Of a stretch of 64,000 bases of DNA, positions 8,724 through 17,257 are shown one piece after another. Each line of letters opens with the position of its first letter. Within the stretch, counting starts at the first letter, position 1. Under the pieces are notes generated by a model, which was given only the letters and a program-made list of their open reading frames with translations, was not told the origin of the DNA and made no database searches. Both the position numbers and the translations under genes were made by a program. Source of the stretch: Gaiellaceae bacterium (GTDB taxonomy: Bacteria > Actinomycetota > Thermoleophilia > Gaiellales > Gaiellaceae); NCBI GenBank assembly GCA_035518635.1, contig DATIXI010000041.1, forward strand, positions 13,017-77,016. The letters run 5' to 3'.

Positions 8724-9547
8724 CAGCGGACCTCGGCGCTCGTCGCGACGGCGCTCAGGATCTCGTCGAGAGCCGCGTCGTCGATTCGCGGAGCGCGGCG
8801 GAAGATCGCGGCGGCAGCGAGATGGAAGCCGTCCGGGAGGTCCGCCGCGGCGAACGTCGACGCGATCTCCTCCATCTCCGCGACCCAGCGCCAGCCCTTG
8901 CGCCCGGCCGAGCGCGCAGCCGACTCGGAGCGCTCGGGAAGCTGCGGCAGCGAGAGCCGCCACTCGTCCAGGAGCGCGTCCTCGACACCCTCGGCGCGCG
9001 CAAGCGCACGGATCGCCAGGAGCAGCGCAGCGGTGCCCTTCGTCCAGGCGGCGTAGGCCATCTTGACCGCCGACGCGTCGCCCGGCTCCCGCGAGACGAT
9101 CCGCGGCTCCAGGGCAGTGCCTGCAAACAGCGCTGCCGCGTCCTCCGCCTCCGGGCCCGAGAGGTAGAGCCTGGTGCTCCCGGCCTCGCTCGGCGGTGGG
9201 CCGATGATCGCCCCGTCGACGTAGCGCTCGACGAGCGTCGCGATCTCGCGTGCCGTCGCGGGCGAGACCGCGTTCGCGTCGACGTAGAGCCCTTCGAACC
9301 AGCCCACCGAGCGGGCCACGCCGAGCGCGGCGTGCGGCGGGCACACGGAGACGATCACGTCGGCGAACCGCGAGAGCTCCGTGACGGTTCCGACGTCCTC
9401 GAGGCCCGCCTGCTTCGCACGGGCCGCGGTCTCGTCGCTTCGCCCCCTCGAGGCCCAGAGCACCGAGCGGTCGGCGCCGCGCAGCGCCTTTCCTACGGCC
9501 GCTCCCATCTCGCCCGGATGGACGATCCCGATCGCCGCTTCCGCCAT
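8723..9547 (-). CDS. NAD(P)-binding oxidoreductase (6-phosphogluconate-dehydrogenase-like N-domain plus DUF1932-like C-domain)
   Basis: IGIVHPGEMGAAVGKAL Rossmann motif and AVKMAYAAWTKG in the C-terminal half. Confidence 0.7.
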   Translation of the reverse strand: MAEAAIGIVHPGEMGAAVGKALRGADRSVLWASRGRSDETAARAKQAGLEDVGTVTELSRFADVIVSVCPPHAALGVARSVGWFEGLYVDANAVSPATAREIATLVERYVDGAIIGPPPSEAGSTRLYLSGPEAEDAAALFAGTALEPRIVSREPGDASAVKMAYAAWTKGTAALLLAIRALARAEGVEDALLDEWRLSLPQLPERSESAARSAGRKGWRWVAEMEEIASTFAAADLPDGFHLAAAAIFRRAPRIDDAALDEILSAVATSAEVR

Positions 9548-9562
9548 GCCCCGCGCCCGCGC

Positions 9563-10372
9563 CTAGAAGATGAACTGCTTCCAGGCCGTCCACCAGTCGT
9601 CGGCCCGAGAGACGATCGTGCGCGAGTCGACCAGCTCGACCCCCGCGCGGAAGCGCAGCTTCGAGGCAGGGTCGGTCCACTTGTACTCGACCCTGATCTC
9701 GCAGGGCTTGCCCGGGTCGTACGGCTCGACTGCCGTCAGGTCCGAGAGCGCCTGCTTCGCTCCTGCCTCCACGAGCTCGCGCGCGCGAACCGGCGGCACG
9801 AGCCGCGCGCTCTGCACGCCTGTCCCCTGCTTGACCTCGACGGTGGTGAGGCCGTCGCCGAGCAGCGCCTTGCCCTCGCGGCAGGCCGCTGTATCGCCGG
9901 TCACCATCAGCACCGGGCAGCCCCAGGTGCCGCAGAGCGCGGCGTTGATCCCAGTCTCGCCGACCTGCGTTCCGTTGAAGTAGAGGTTCAGGAAGTCGCG
10001 GCCGAAGATGGTGTGGTTCATCACGCCGTCCGGGGTACCGGCCATCGCGTGCATGCCGACGAACAGCGCGGCGTCCACGCCCTGCTCGAGGAAGTCCGTG
10101 TACTCGGTCCAGTCCTCCTGGACGACGTAGTCGCAGTCGGGGTCGAGCTCCTCCGGGAGGAGCGAGTTGAAGCTGTAGTCCTTGCCGGCTCCGTGGCAGT
10201 CCATGACGACGATCTCGCTCGCCCCCGCGGCCTTGGCGCCGCGCACGGCCGCGTTGATCTCGTGCGTGTAGAGCTTGCGGCCCTCCTCGTAGAGTGGCTC
10301 GCCCGCCGAGGTCTGATCGCCACGCACGATTCCGGAGATCCCCTCCATGTCGCTGATGACGAAGACCTTCAC
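9563..10372 (-). CDS. M55 family D-aminopeptidase (DppA-like)
   Basis: MKVFVISDMEGISGIV and VVMDCHGAG motifs; GTG start. Confidence 0.8.
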   Translation of the reverse strand: MKVFVISDMEGISGIVRGDQTSAGEPLYEEGRKLYTHEINAAVRGAKAAGASEIVVMDCHGAGKDYSFNSLLPEELDPDCDYVVQEDWTEYTDFLEQGVDAALFVGMHAMAGTPDGVMNHTIFGRDFLNLYFNGTQVGETGINAALCGTWGCPVLMVTGDTAACREGKALLGDGLTTVEVKQGTGVQSARLVPPVRARELVEAGAKQALSDLTAVEPYDPGKPCEIRVEYKWTDPASKLRFRAGVELVDSRTIVSRADDWWTAWKQFIF

Positions 10373-10391
10373 CGTTGTAGCTTTTCACGAC

Positions 10392-11168
10392 GTGGACACC
10401 GGTCTCCAGGGGAAGCGCGCGCTCGTCACCGGGGCGTCGGGCGGGATCGGCTCGGCCTGCGCGCGCGCCTTCGCGGCCGAGGGCTGCGAGGTGGTCGTCC
10501 ACTATCACCGGGGCCGCGATCGAGCGGAGACGCTCGCGGCGGAGCTCGGAGGCGCGACAGCCGTCGGCGGGGATCTCCGGGACGAGGCCGAGGTCGAGCG
10601 GTTGTTCGAGGAAGCAGGAGCGCTCGACGCCTGCGCGGCGGTGGCCGGCATCTGGCCGAGCGAGGACGTGCCCGTCTGGGAGCTGTCGCTCGAGCGCTGG
10701 GAGGAAACGCTCGCCGCGAACCTGACCGCGACGTTCCTGACCGCGCGCGCCTTCCTGCGACAGGTCGCCGAGCGCGGCCACGGCAGCCTCGTCCTCGTCG
10801 GCTCGACCGCCGGGCTCGTCGGCGAGGCGGGCCACGCCGACTACGCGGCCGCCAAGTCCGCGATCGTGCACGGGCTCCTGTTGAGCCTCAAGAACGAGGT
10901 CGTGCGCGTCGCGCCTCGCGCGCGCGTCAACGCTGTCTGCCCTGGCTGGACGGAGTCGCCGATGACGCGCGGCTCGCTCGACGCCGAGACGCTCGAGCGG
11001 GTGACACGGACCATGGCGCTGCGCAAGGTGGCCCAGCCGGAGGACGTCGCTCGCCAGGTCGTCGTGCTCGCCTCGGACGAGCTCTCCGGGCACGTGACCG
11101 GCCAGGTGGTGACCGTCGCCGGCGGGATGGAGGGCCGCGTGATCCACGAACGGCCCGTTCAACCCTGA
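10392..11168 (+). CDS. SDR family oxidoreductase
   Basis: GKRALVTGASGGIGSA cofactor motif and YAAAKSA catalytic motif. GTG 10392 was chosen because the 10347 start would overlap the divergent dppA-like start; the start is uncertain. Confidence 0.8.
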   Translation: MDTGLQGKRALVTGASGGIGSACARAFAAEGCEVVVHYHRGRDRAETLAAELGGATAVGGDLRDEAEVERLFEEAGALDACAAVAGIWPSEDVPVWELSLERWEETLAANLTATFLTARAFLRQVAERGHGSLVLVGSTAGLVGEAGHADYAAAKSAIVHGLLLSLKNEVVRVAPRARVNAVCPGWTESPMTRGSLDAETLERVTRTMALRKVAQPEDVARQVVVLASDELSGHVTGQVVTVAGGMEGRVIHERPVQP

Positions 11169-11311
11169 ACGGCGGGCCGAGGCCCGCCGTCCATGACTCG
11201 TGCCGCAGGAAAGTTGTCGTCAGTCCCCGGCAGGAGAGTCACTAGTGCAGATCGGCACGCGGAACCGGCGCCTTTAGCGCCGGTTCCCTCGAAAAGGAGT
11301 TCATGCGCCCC

Positions 11312-11351
11312 TGGAAAAACATCAGGCGGGGCCGCCGCCCGGCCCCGCCTG
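11312..11351 (-). terminator. Intrinsic terminator-like hairpin on the minus strand
   Basis: On the minus strand: CAGGCGGGGCC-gggcggc-GGCCCCGCCTG followed by ATGTTTTTCC. It has an 11-bp GC stem plus a U-run, and no annotated minus-strand gene lies upstream. Confidence 0.5.
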
Positions 11352-11462
11352 AGTCTCCCGTGAGAGAGCCGCAGTTACATCGGTGGGCCCCGCCGCATCG
11401 GGCCCGAACCGTTTTCGACTGAGCTGCCCTCGCCGCATCGGGGCGCTCCGTCGTATGCAGGC
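11312..11462 (-). ncRNA. Candidate ~150-nt small RNA antisense to the leader of the MetF-fusion gene
   Basis: Minus-strand TTGGTC-N17-GATACT (11493-11465). Two hairpins with the same 9-nt loop: GGGCCC/GGGCCC stem at 11395-11415 and GCCCT/GGGGC stem at 11436-11454 (loop CGCCGCATC on plus, GATGCGGCG on minus). Then the terminator at 11351-11312. Confidence 0.3.
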
Positions 11463-11572
11463 TGAGTATCGCGGCGGGCGAGTTGTTGACCAATCCCTCG
11501 ATCACGGTTGACCGGACCGCTTCACTAACAAACCGGGCCGGGACCGGTACGCGGAAGTAGAGTCGAACCCGC

Positions 11573-13387
11573 ATGGGCAGCCGGTTCGAAGAGCGTCTGG
11601 GGTCCGGCCCGGTGGTGGTCGGAGACGGGGGGATGGGCACGCTCGTCACGAGCGCAGTCCCTCGTTTGCGCTGCCCCGAGGAGGCGAACCTCCGCTCGCC
11701 GGAGAGCGTGGAGACGCTTCATACGAGTTTCATACGCGCGGGCGCCGATTTGATCGAGACGAACACGTTCGGCGCGAATCGCCACAAGCTGGCGCAGCAC
11801 TACCTCGAGGACGAGCTCGAGCGAATCAACGGCGCCGGGGTGAAGCTCGCGCGCGAGGCGCGCGAGGTCTCGGGGCGCGAGGTCTTCGTGGCCGGGTCGA
11901 TCGGCCCGCTCGGCGACTCGCAGACGCTCGCGCCCGAGGAGCGAGGCGAGATCTTCGCCGAGCAGGCCGCGATCCTGGACGGCCGCGGGGTCGACCTGTT
12001 CATGGTCGAGACGTTCTACGAGCTGGACGAGCTCGAGGCCGCGATCGAGGCGGTGCGCAGCGTCTCCTCGCTGCCGATCGTCGCCACGCTCACGTTCGAC
12101 GAGGGCGCCGAGACACTCGCCGGCGTGACCGCGGCCGAGGCCGCCGAGCGACTTCGCCCGCTGGGGCTCGCCGCGATCGGCGCGAACCACGGGGCCGGGC
12201 TGCACTGCGCCCTGGCCGCGCTCGAGGCGATGTGCTCCCCGGAAGGCCCGCCGCTCGCCGCGCTCCCGAACGTCGGCCTCGCAAGCCTCTCGGGCGGCCG
12301 CGTCATCTACCCGCATGCCACCCCGGAGTACTTCGCCGAGTTCGCCGCGCACGCGCGCAGGCTCGGCGCCCGCCTGATCGGCGGCTGCTGCGGGACGACG
12401 CCGGTCGAGATCGCAGCCATCCGCTCCGCGGTCGAGGAGGAGCGCGAGCCGGCCGCCCCGCTCGACGTGCTCGAGCGCGAGCTCCCCGGGCCGGAGCTCG
12501 GCGGCGGCCCCTCCGAGACCGAGCTCGCCCGGATGCTGCGCGAGGGCGAGTGGGTGACCTGCGTCGAGCTCGACCCGCCGAAGGGCGGCACCTACGACTC
12601 GATGCTGGCCGTCGCGCGGACACTGAAGGCCTCCGGGAAGGTCGGCTTCGTCGACATCAACGACAACCCGATGGCCCGCGCACGCGCGAACGCGCTCATG
12701 GCGGCGGTCGCGATCGAGCGCGACTGCGAGCTGGAGACGATCCCCCACCTGACCCCGCGCGACATGTCGATCATGGGGCTCGAGTCACTACTCCTCGGCG
12801 CGCACGCGGAGGGCGTGCGCAACGTGCTCGCGGTGACCGGCGACCCGCCCGAGGTCGGGGACTACCCGGGCTCGCAGGGCGTGTACGACGTCGACTCGAT
12901 CGGGCTCTCGCGGATCGTCTCGCACCTGAACCGGGGCGAGGACTACAACGGCAAGGGGATCGACGCGCCGACCTCGTTCTTCCTCGGCGTGGCCGTCAAC
13001 CCGTCGGCCGACGACCTCGAGACGGAGCTCGATCGCTTCCGGCAGAAGGTCGAGGCGGGCGCGCGGTTCGCGATGACCCAGGCGCTGTTCGACCTCTCCT
13101 ACCTCGACCGCTTCGAGGAGCGCCTCGGCGGCTGGCCGCTTCCGGTGCTGGTCGGGATCTTCTACGTCCGCAGCTACCAGCTCGCTGTCCGGCTACACAA
13201 CGAGGTTCCGGGGATCGTCGTCCCCGAGGCGGTGCAGCGGCGGCTCGAGCGGGCAGGCCGGAACGCGGCCGCCGAGGGGCTCGCGATCGCGCGGGACCTG
13301 TACGCGGAGGCGCGTGACAAGGCGGCCGGCGTCTACATGATCCCGCCCTTCAAGCAGCCCGAGGCGGCCCTCGACCTCCTGGACTAG
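11573..13387 (+). CDS. Bifunctional homocysteine S-methyltransferase / 5,10-methylenetetrahydrofolate reductase (YitJ-like)
   Basis: The N-terminal Hcy-binding domain has VVGDGGMGT, ETNTFGAN and GGCCGTTP. The C-terminal MetF domain has HLTPRD and VLAVTGDPP. Confidence 0.85.
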   Translation: MGSRFEERLGSGPVVVGDGGMGTLVTSAVPRLRCPEEANLRSPESVETLHTSFIRAGADLIETNTFGANRHKLAQHYLEDELERINGAGVKLAREAREVSGREVFVAGSIGPLGDSQTLAPEERGEIFAEQAAILDGRGVDLFMVETFYELDELEAAIEAVRSVSSLPIVATLTFDEGAETLAGVTAAEAAERLRPLGLAAIGANHGAGLHCALAALEAMCSPEGPPLAALPNVGLASLSGGRVIYPHATPEYFAEFAAHARRLGARLIGGCCGTTPVEIAAIRSAVEEEREPAAPLDVLERELPGPELGGGPSETELARMLREGEWVTCVELDPPKGGTYDSMLAVARTLKASGKVGFVDINDNPMARARANALMAAVAIERDCELETIPHLTPRDMSIMGLESLLLGAHAEGVRNVLAVTGDPPEVGDYPGSQGVYDVDSIGLSRIVSHLNRGEDYNGKGIDAPTSFFLGVAVNPSADDLETELDRFRQKVEAGARFAMTQALFDLSYLDRFEERLGGWPLPVLVGIFYVRSYQLAVRLHNEVPGIVVPEAVQRRLERAGRNAAAEGLAIARDLYAEARDKAAGVYMIPPFKQPEAALDLLD

Positions 13388-13393
13388 GCAAGA

Positions 13394-13419
13394 GAAGAGG
13401 CCGCCGAAGCGGCCTCTTC
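13394..13419. terminator. Hairpin GAAGAGGCCGC-cgaa-GCGGCCTCTTC between convergent genes
   Basis: 11-bp perfect stem 7 nt after the MetF-fusion stop and 22 nt after the stop of the 13441 gene. Confidence 0.6.
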
Positions 13420-13440
13420 CGAGGGCCGGACCCGAGGGCT

Positions 13441-13800
13441 CTAGTGGGCGAGCGTCCCGTGGCGCCGGTTCCGTGCGACCAGCACTCCCGCGGTGCCGAG
13501 AAGGAGAGCGGCGACAAGGCCGACTCCGACTCCGTCGTAGTTCCGGTCGGTGTCGCTTCTGCCCGTCTGCGCATACTGGCCGATCTGATACGTCCTGTTG
13601 ATCCCGGCCCCACGGACGCTCGTCCCGTTCCGCTTGGCGACGGTGGGCCCGATCGGGGTCTGGTGCAGCCCGACCGGCCGGGTGTTGAGGTCGTCCGTGA
13701 GAGGCCTCGCGGCCGCGCTGGTAACGGGGATCACGGCGAAGAGGGCCAGTGCGATGACCGTGCCCTTCAGGATCCTCTTCCTCAGAATGCGCTTGTACAT
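13441..13800 (-). CDS. Small exported protein, N-terminal signal peptide plus C-terminal TM anchor (paralog 1)
   Basis: MYKRILRKRILKGTVIALALFAVIPVTSAAA signal peptide. C-terminal hydrophobic helix followed by RNRRHGTLAH. GGAAGGAG lies upstream of the ATG. Confidence 0.65.
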   Translation of the reverse strand: MYKRILRKRILKGTVIALALFAVIPVTSAAARPLTDDLNTRPVGLHQTPIGPTVAKRNGTSVRGAGINRTYQIGQYAQTGRSDTDRNYDGVGVGLVAALLLGTAGVLVARNRRHGTLAH

Positions 13801-13905
13801 CGCTTCTTCTCCTTCCCGGTGTCCTACGTACGACATGCCACGACCGTACGCCCGACCGGCCTCTGGAGAAATTGGAGAAACCCCTACGGTTTGAACCCGC
13901 ACAGC

Positions 13906-13931
13906 GAAGAGGCCGCCAGAGCGGCCTCTTC
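13906..13931. terminator. Hairpin GAAGAGGCCGC-caga-GCGGCCTCTTC (copy of the 13394 hairpin)
   Basis: Same stem sequence as 13394-13419. It sits 21 nt downstream of the stop of the 13952 gene. Confidence 0.55.
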
Positions 13932-13951
13932 GAAGAGCCGGAACTGGGTGC

Positions 13952-14386
13952 CTAGTGGGCGAGGCCTCCCTGGTGCCGGCTGCGGACGGCCAGCGTGGCG
14001 GCGACGCCGAACAGGAGAGCGGCGAGAATGCCAGCTCCGATCCAGGCGTTGCTCCACTCGAAGTCGCTTCCGGTCGACACTGCGACGGTCTGGGGCTGTG
14101 ACGGGTTCCCCAGGCCGGTGGTAATCTCGGGCGACTGGATTGCGTACTGGCCGCGGAACTCCCGGTTCAGCGCCTGGACGTTGAGGACGTCCCTACCGCG
14201 CTCGGCAGGCGTCCGCCCGAACTGCTTCTCGTACCGCTGCTGCGCCAGCATGCTCTGGAGCCACGGATCGGGCTGTCCGACCGAGACCGGCTTGGCGGCT
14301 GCGCTGGTAACGGGGATCACGGCGAAGAGGGCCAGTGCGATGACCGTGCCCTTCAGGATCCTCTTCCTCAGGATGCACTTGTACAT
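13952..14386 (-). CDS. Small exported protein, N-terminal signal peptide plus C-terminal TM anchor (paralog 2)
   Basis: MYKCILRKRILKGTVIALALFAVIPVTSAAA is nearly identical to paralog 1. C-terminal helix followed by RSRHQGGLAH; same SD. Confidence 0.65.
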   Translation of the reverse strand: MYKCILRKRILKGTVIALALFAVIPVTSAAAKPVSVGQPDPWLQSMLAQQRYEKQFGRTPAERGRDVLNVQALNREFRGQYAIQSPEITTGLGNPSQPQTVAVSTGSDFEWSNAWIGAGILAALLFGVAATLAVRSRHQGGLAH

Positions 14387-14469
14387 TGCTTCTTCTCCTT
14401 CCCGGTGTCTTGCGTACGACATGCCACGACCGTACGCCCGGCCCGACGGGATGGAAATTGGGGAAACCC

Positions 14470-17226
14470 CTACGGTTTCGAGGGCGTTTTCGCGTCGCGG
14501 ATGTGCCGCGCCAGCTCGCCGCGCGAGTGCAGCCCGAGCTTCTGGTAGACGCGGGTGAGGTTCGCCTCGACGGTCTTGACCGAAACGAACAGCGTTGCGG
14601 CGATCTCCTTGTTCGAGCGACCTTCGGCGACGAGCTCGGCGATCTGGCGCTCGGTGGCGGTCAGGCCGCCCTCCGACCTGCGTCGCCCGCTGACGCGGGA
14701 GAGCTCAGCACGGGCCCGCTCGACGAAGGCCGTGGCTGAAAGCTCCCCAAACGCGGCAACGGCTTCCTCGAGCCGGTCGCGCGCGTCTGCCTTCCGCTTC
14801 GAGCGCCGAAGCGCGGCCCCGTGGACGAGCAGCGTCCGGGCGCGCTCGAACGGGAGCGGCACCTCCTCGTGCTCCGCGAGAGCCTGCTCGAACGTCGCAA
14901 GCGCGTCGTCGAGCCGTCCCTCCGCGCCCGAGAGCAGGCCGCGGCAGCGGAGGCATGACGCGATCGCGCCGCGCCGCCCGAGCCGCCTGGCGTTGCCCTC
15001 GTACCAGCCGAGCAACTCGGCCGCCTCCTCGAGCCGGCCGGTGTCGACCAGCGCCTCGACCCGGTCGGGCACGTACCGCGTCAGGCCGGGCTCGTCGATC
15101 CCCTCCGTCCGCGCAAGCTCGACGGCCGGAGCGAGCTGCTCCGCCGCCTCCGCCGCGTTCCCGAGCGAGAGCTCGAGCAGGCCCAGAGCTGCCGCCGCGA
15201 ACTGCGAGACGGGCGCGAACTCGGTCGCCCGGCCGAGCACGAGCGCGGCCTCGGCAGCCTCCCGCGTCTCCTGCTCGAGACCACGGTGCGCGTCGCACCA
15301 CGCCCGGACCGCAAGCCCGTACCCCTCGAGCGCCTGCTGGCCGGCCTGGCTCGCGATCTCGCGCGCTGCCTCCGCGTTGCGGTGGCCTCGCTCGAAGTCG
15401 CCGAGCAGGCAGTCCGCCTGCGCCAGGAGAACGTAGACGTAGGCCAGCGAGCCCTCGTCCCCCGCCTCGCGGGCCCGTTCGAGCAGCGTCTCGTAGCCGG
15501 AGCGCACGCCGCTCGCGTCCTCCCACCACATGCGCGCCACCGCGGTCGTCCACTCGGGCTGGGAGATGATCCGCTCACTGCCGACCGCCGGCTGGAGCGC
15601 AAGCGCCGCGTCTGCGGTCTCGACGGCCTCCGGTCGGCCGAGCGTCGCCTCGGCCAGCAGCTGCGAGCTGAGCGCCTGCGCGAGCAGCGCGTCGTCCCCG
15701 AGTTCTCGCGCGAGGGCCGCGGCCTCCTGCGCGTGGTCGACGGCCTCGCCCAGGCGCCGCCGCCGCCGGAAGAGCTGGGCCGCGGCGCCTTCGAGCGCCC
15801 TCACGCGCACCCCGGTGTCGTCGCCGGCCTCCTCGACGGCCTGGAGGAAGAGATCCGTGGCCGCGGCCAGGTCGTCCGCGTACGAGCGGACCCGCGCGAG
15901 GCTCGTCAGGACGTCCGCCCGCTCGGGGCCGGGCTCGAGCTGTGTGGCCGCCTCCTCGAGGAGCACGACCGCCCGCCTGGTGTCGCCCGACTCGAAGTGG
16001 TAGTAGCCGGCACAGGCGATTCGGCGCAGGCGGCTCGTCTCGAGCTCGGGCGGTGTCAGCTCGGCCGCCTCGCGGCTCAGCTGCGCAGCCGTCGCAGGGG
16101 CGCCACGGGTTCGCGCCCGGGTGGCCGCGTCGTCCAGCGCGCCCGCGACCTCCTCGTCGGGGCCGGTCGCGGCCGCCGCGAGGTGGCGGGCGCGCTCGAC
16201 GGGATCGCGCACGGCTCGTGCCAGCCGGCGATGGACCTCCCGCCGCTCGGCCGGATCCGCGGACCCGTACGCGCCCGAGGCGAGCAGCGGGTGGAGGAAG
16301 CGCACGCTGCCGTGGTCGAGTTCGACGAAGCCTCCGGCCTCGGCCGCTGCGAGCGAGCCGGAGCCCGCGACCTGCTCGACGAGGTCGGCCGTGGGCTTCG
16401 ATGCGGCCGCGGCGACGAGCAGCGCGTGCTGCGCGTCCGCCGGAAGCTCCTGGAGGCGGTCGTGCACGAGCGCGTCCAGCGTCGGCGGCAGCATCCCGGC
16501 CTCGAGCACTTCCGGCGCCCGCGCCAGCTCCAGTGCGAAGAACGGGTTGCCGCCCGAGAGCTCGTGGACGCGGTACAGCAGCGGCCGGGCCGGGACCGAG
16601 CCGAGCCGCTCCTGGAGCACTGCGTTCAGGGCCAGGAACTCGAGAGGCCCGACCTGCACTCGGAGCAGCCGCTCCGCTGGGAGCGCCTCCTCAAGCGCCT
16701 CGCCCCTCGCCGGCCTGCGCGCGGCGAGCAACGCAACCTGCTCGTCGTCCAGCCGCCGGAACGCGAACTGCAGGGCGGCGGACGACGAGTCGTCGAGCCA
16801 CTGGACGTCGTCGATCGCGACCAGCACCGGGGCATCGGCGGCCAGCGCGCGCAGCGCGTTCAGCAGTCCGGCAGAGACCGCGCGTCGGTCGGTACGCCCG
16901 CCGCCGGTGTCGAGCAGCAGCGCCGCCTCCAGCGCCAGGCGTTGCGGAGGCGCAAGCCTGTCGGCGACCTCACCGAGCGCCGGGCCGAGCAGGTCGGCGA
17001 GGGTCGAGAACGCAAGGCCCGCCTCGCTCTGCGCCGGTGCGGCCCGCAGCACACGGAAGCCGCTCGCCTCGGCGGCCTCGGCCGTCGCCTGCCAGACCGT
17101 CGTCTTCCCGATCCCGGGGTCGCCCTCCACGACCACCCCCCTGAACGCGCGCACCCCGAAGAGGAACTCGTCGATGGCGGCAAGCTCGTCTTCCCTCCCG
17201 ATCGCGTGGGCGGCGATGGTGGCCAT
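14470..17226 (-). CDS. LAL-type (large ATP-binding LuxR family) transcriptional regulator
   Basis: N-terminal P-loop (VVVEGDPGIGKTT), a long helical/TPR-like middle, and a C-terminal LuxR HTH (LTATERQIAELVAEGRSNKEIAATLFVSVKTVEANLTRVYQKLG). ATG 17226. Confidence 0.85.
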   Translation of the reverse strand: MATIAAHAIGREDELAAIDEFLFGVRAFRGVVVEGDPGIGKTTVWQATAEAAEASGFRVLRAAPAQSEAGLAFSTLADLLGPALGEVADRLAPPQRLALEAALLLDTGGGRTDRRAVSAGLLNALRALAADAPVLVAIDDVQWLDDSSSAALQFAFRRLDDEQVALLAARRPARGEALEEALPAERLLRVQVGPLEFLALNAVLQERLGSVPARPLLYRVHELSGGNPFFALELARAPEVLEAGMLPPTLDALVHDRLQELPADAQHALLVAAAASKPTADLVEQVAGSGSLAAAEAGGFVELDHGSVRFLHPLLASGAYGSADPAERREVHRRLARAVRDPVERARHLAAAATGPDEEVAGALDDAATRARTRGAPATAAQLSREAAELTPPELETSRLRRIACAGYYHFESGDTRRAVVLLEEAATQLEPGPERADVLTSLARVRSYADDLAAATDLFLQAVEEAGDDTGVRVRALEGAAAQLFRRRRRLGEAVDHAQEAAALARELGDDALLAQALSSQLLAEATLGRPEAVETADAALALQPAVGSERIISQPEWTTAVARMWWEDASGVRSGYETLLERAREAGDEGSLAYVYVLLAQADCLLGDFERGHRNAEAAREIASQAGQQALEGYGLAVRAWCDAHRGLEQETREAAEAALVLGRATEFAPVSQFAAAALGLLELSLGNAAEAAEQLAPAVELARTEGIDEPGLTRYVPDRVEALVDTGRLEEAAELLGWYEGNARRLGRRGAIASCLRCRGLLSGAEGRLDDALATFEQALAEHEEVPLPFERARTLLVHGAALRRSKRKADARDRLEEAVAAFGELSATAFVERARAELSRVSGRRRSEGGLTATERQIAELVAEGRSNKEIAATLFVSVKTVEANLTRVYQKLGLHSRGELARHIRDAKTPSKP

Positions 17227-17257
17227 CAGCCCTCGTACGGAATGGTACGACGGCCTC

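Larger units (their letters stand above)
13394..14478 (-). repeat. Tandem duplication of a [terminator hairpin - small exported protein gene - SD/leader] unit
   Basis: Near-identical ~190-bp blocks (about 13700-13890 vs 14280-14478) cover the signal peptide, SD and leader. The hairpins and C-terminal anchor regions are similar, while the central coding parts are not alignable by eye. Confidence 0.75.

Noticed and set aside
8235-11162. 975-codon minus-strand ORF, and similar giants elsewhere: 499-2541 (+), 8822-11245 (+), 15286-17280 (+), 37318-40491 (+), 46713-48971 (-), 28878-30800 (-)
   Set aside because: Their translations are Arg/Pro/Gly/Ala low-complexity strings, typical of out-of-frame or antisense reading of ~73% GC DNA. 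Each is covered by recognisable genes in another frame or strand. Only the terminal segments with real motifs (macro domain, permease, methyltransferase) were kept.
11241-11572. SAM-I (S-box), SAM-IV, SAH or cobalamin riboswitch upstream of the MetF-fusion gene
   Set aside because: I could not find the conserved cores I remember for these classes (GAGGGA...GCAACC for SAM-I/IV, the B12 box). No call is made without a covariance-model scan.
13872-13890. GAAACCCCTACGGTTT(G/C) blocks (also 14461-14478) as members of the GAAACCGTTAC shared-element family
   Set aside because: They share only GAAACC and ACGGTTT. They lack the GTRACG and GTTGC boxes and are explained by the tandem duplication. They were kept as part of that repeat only.
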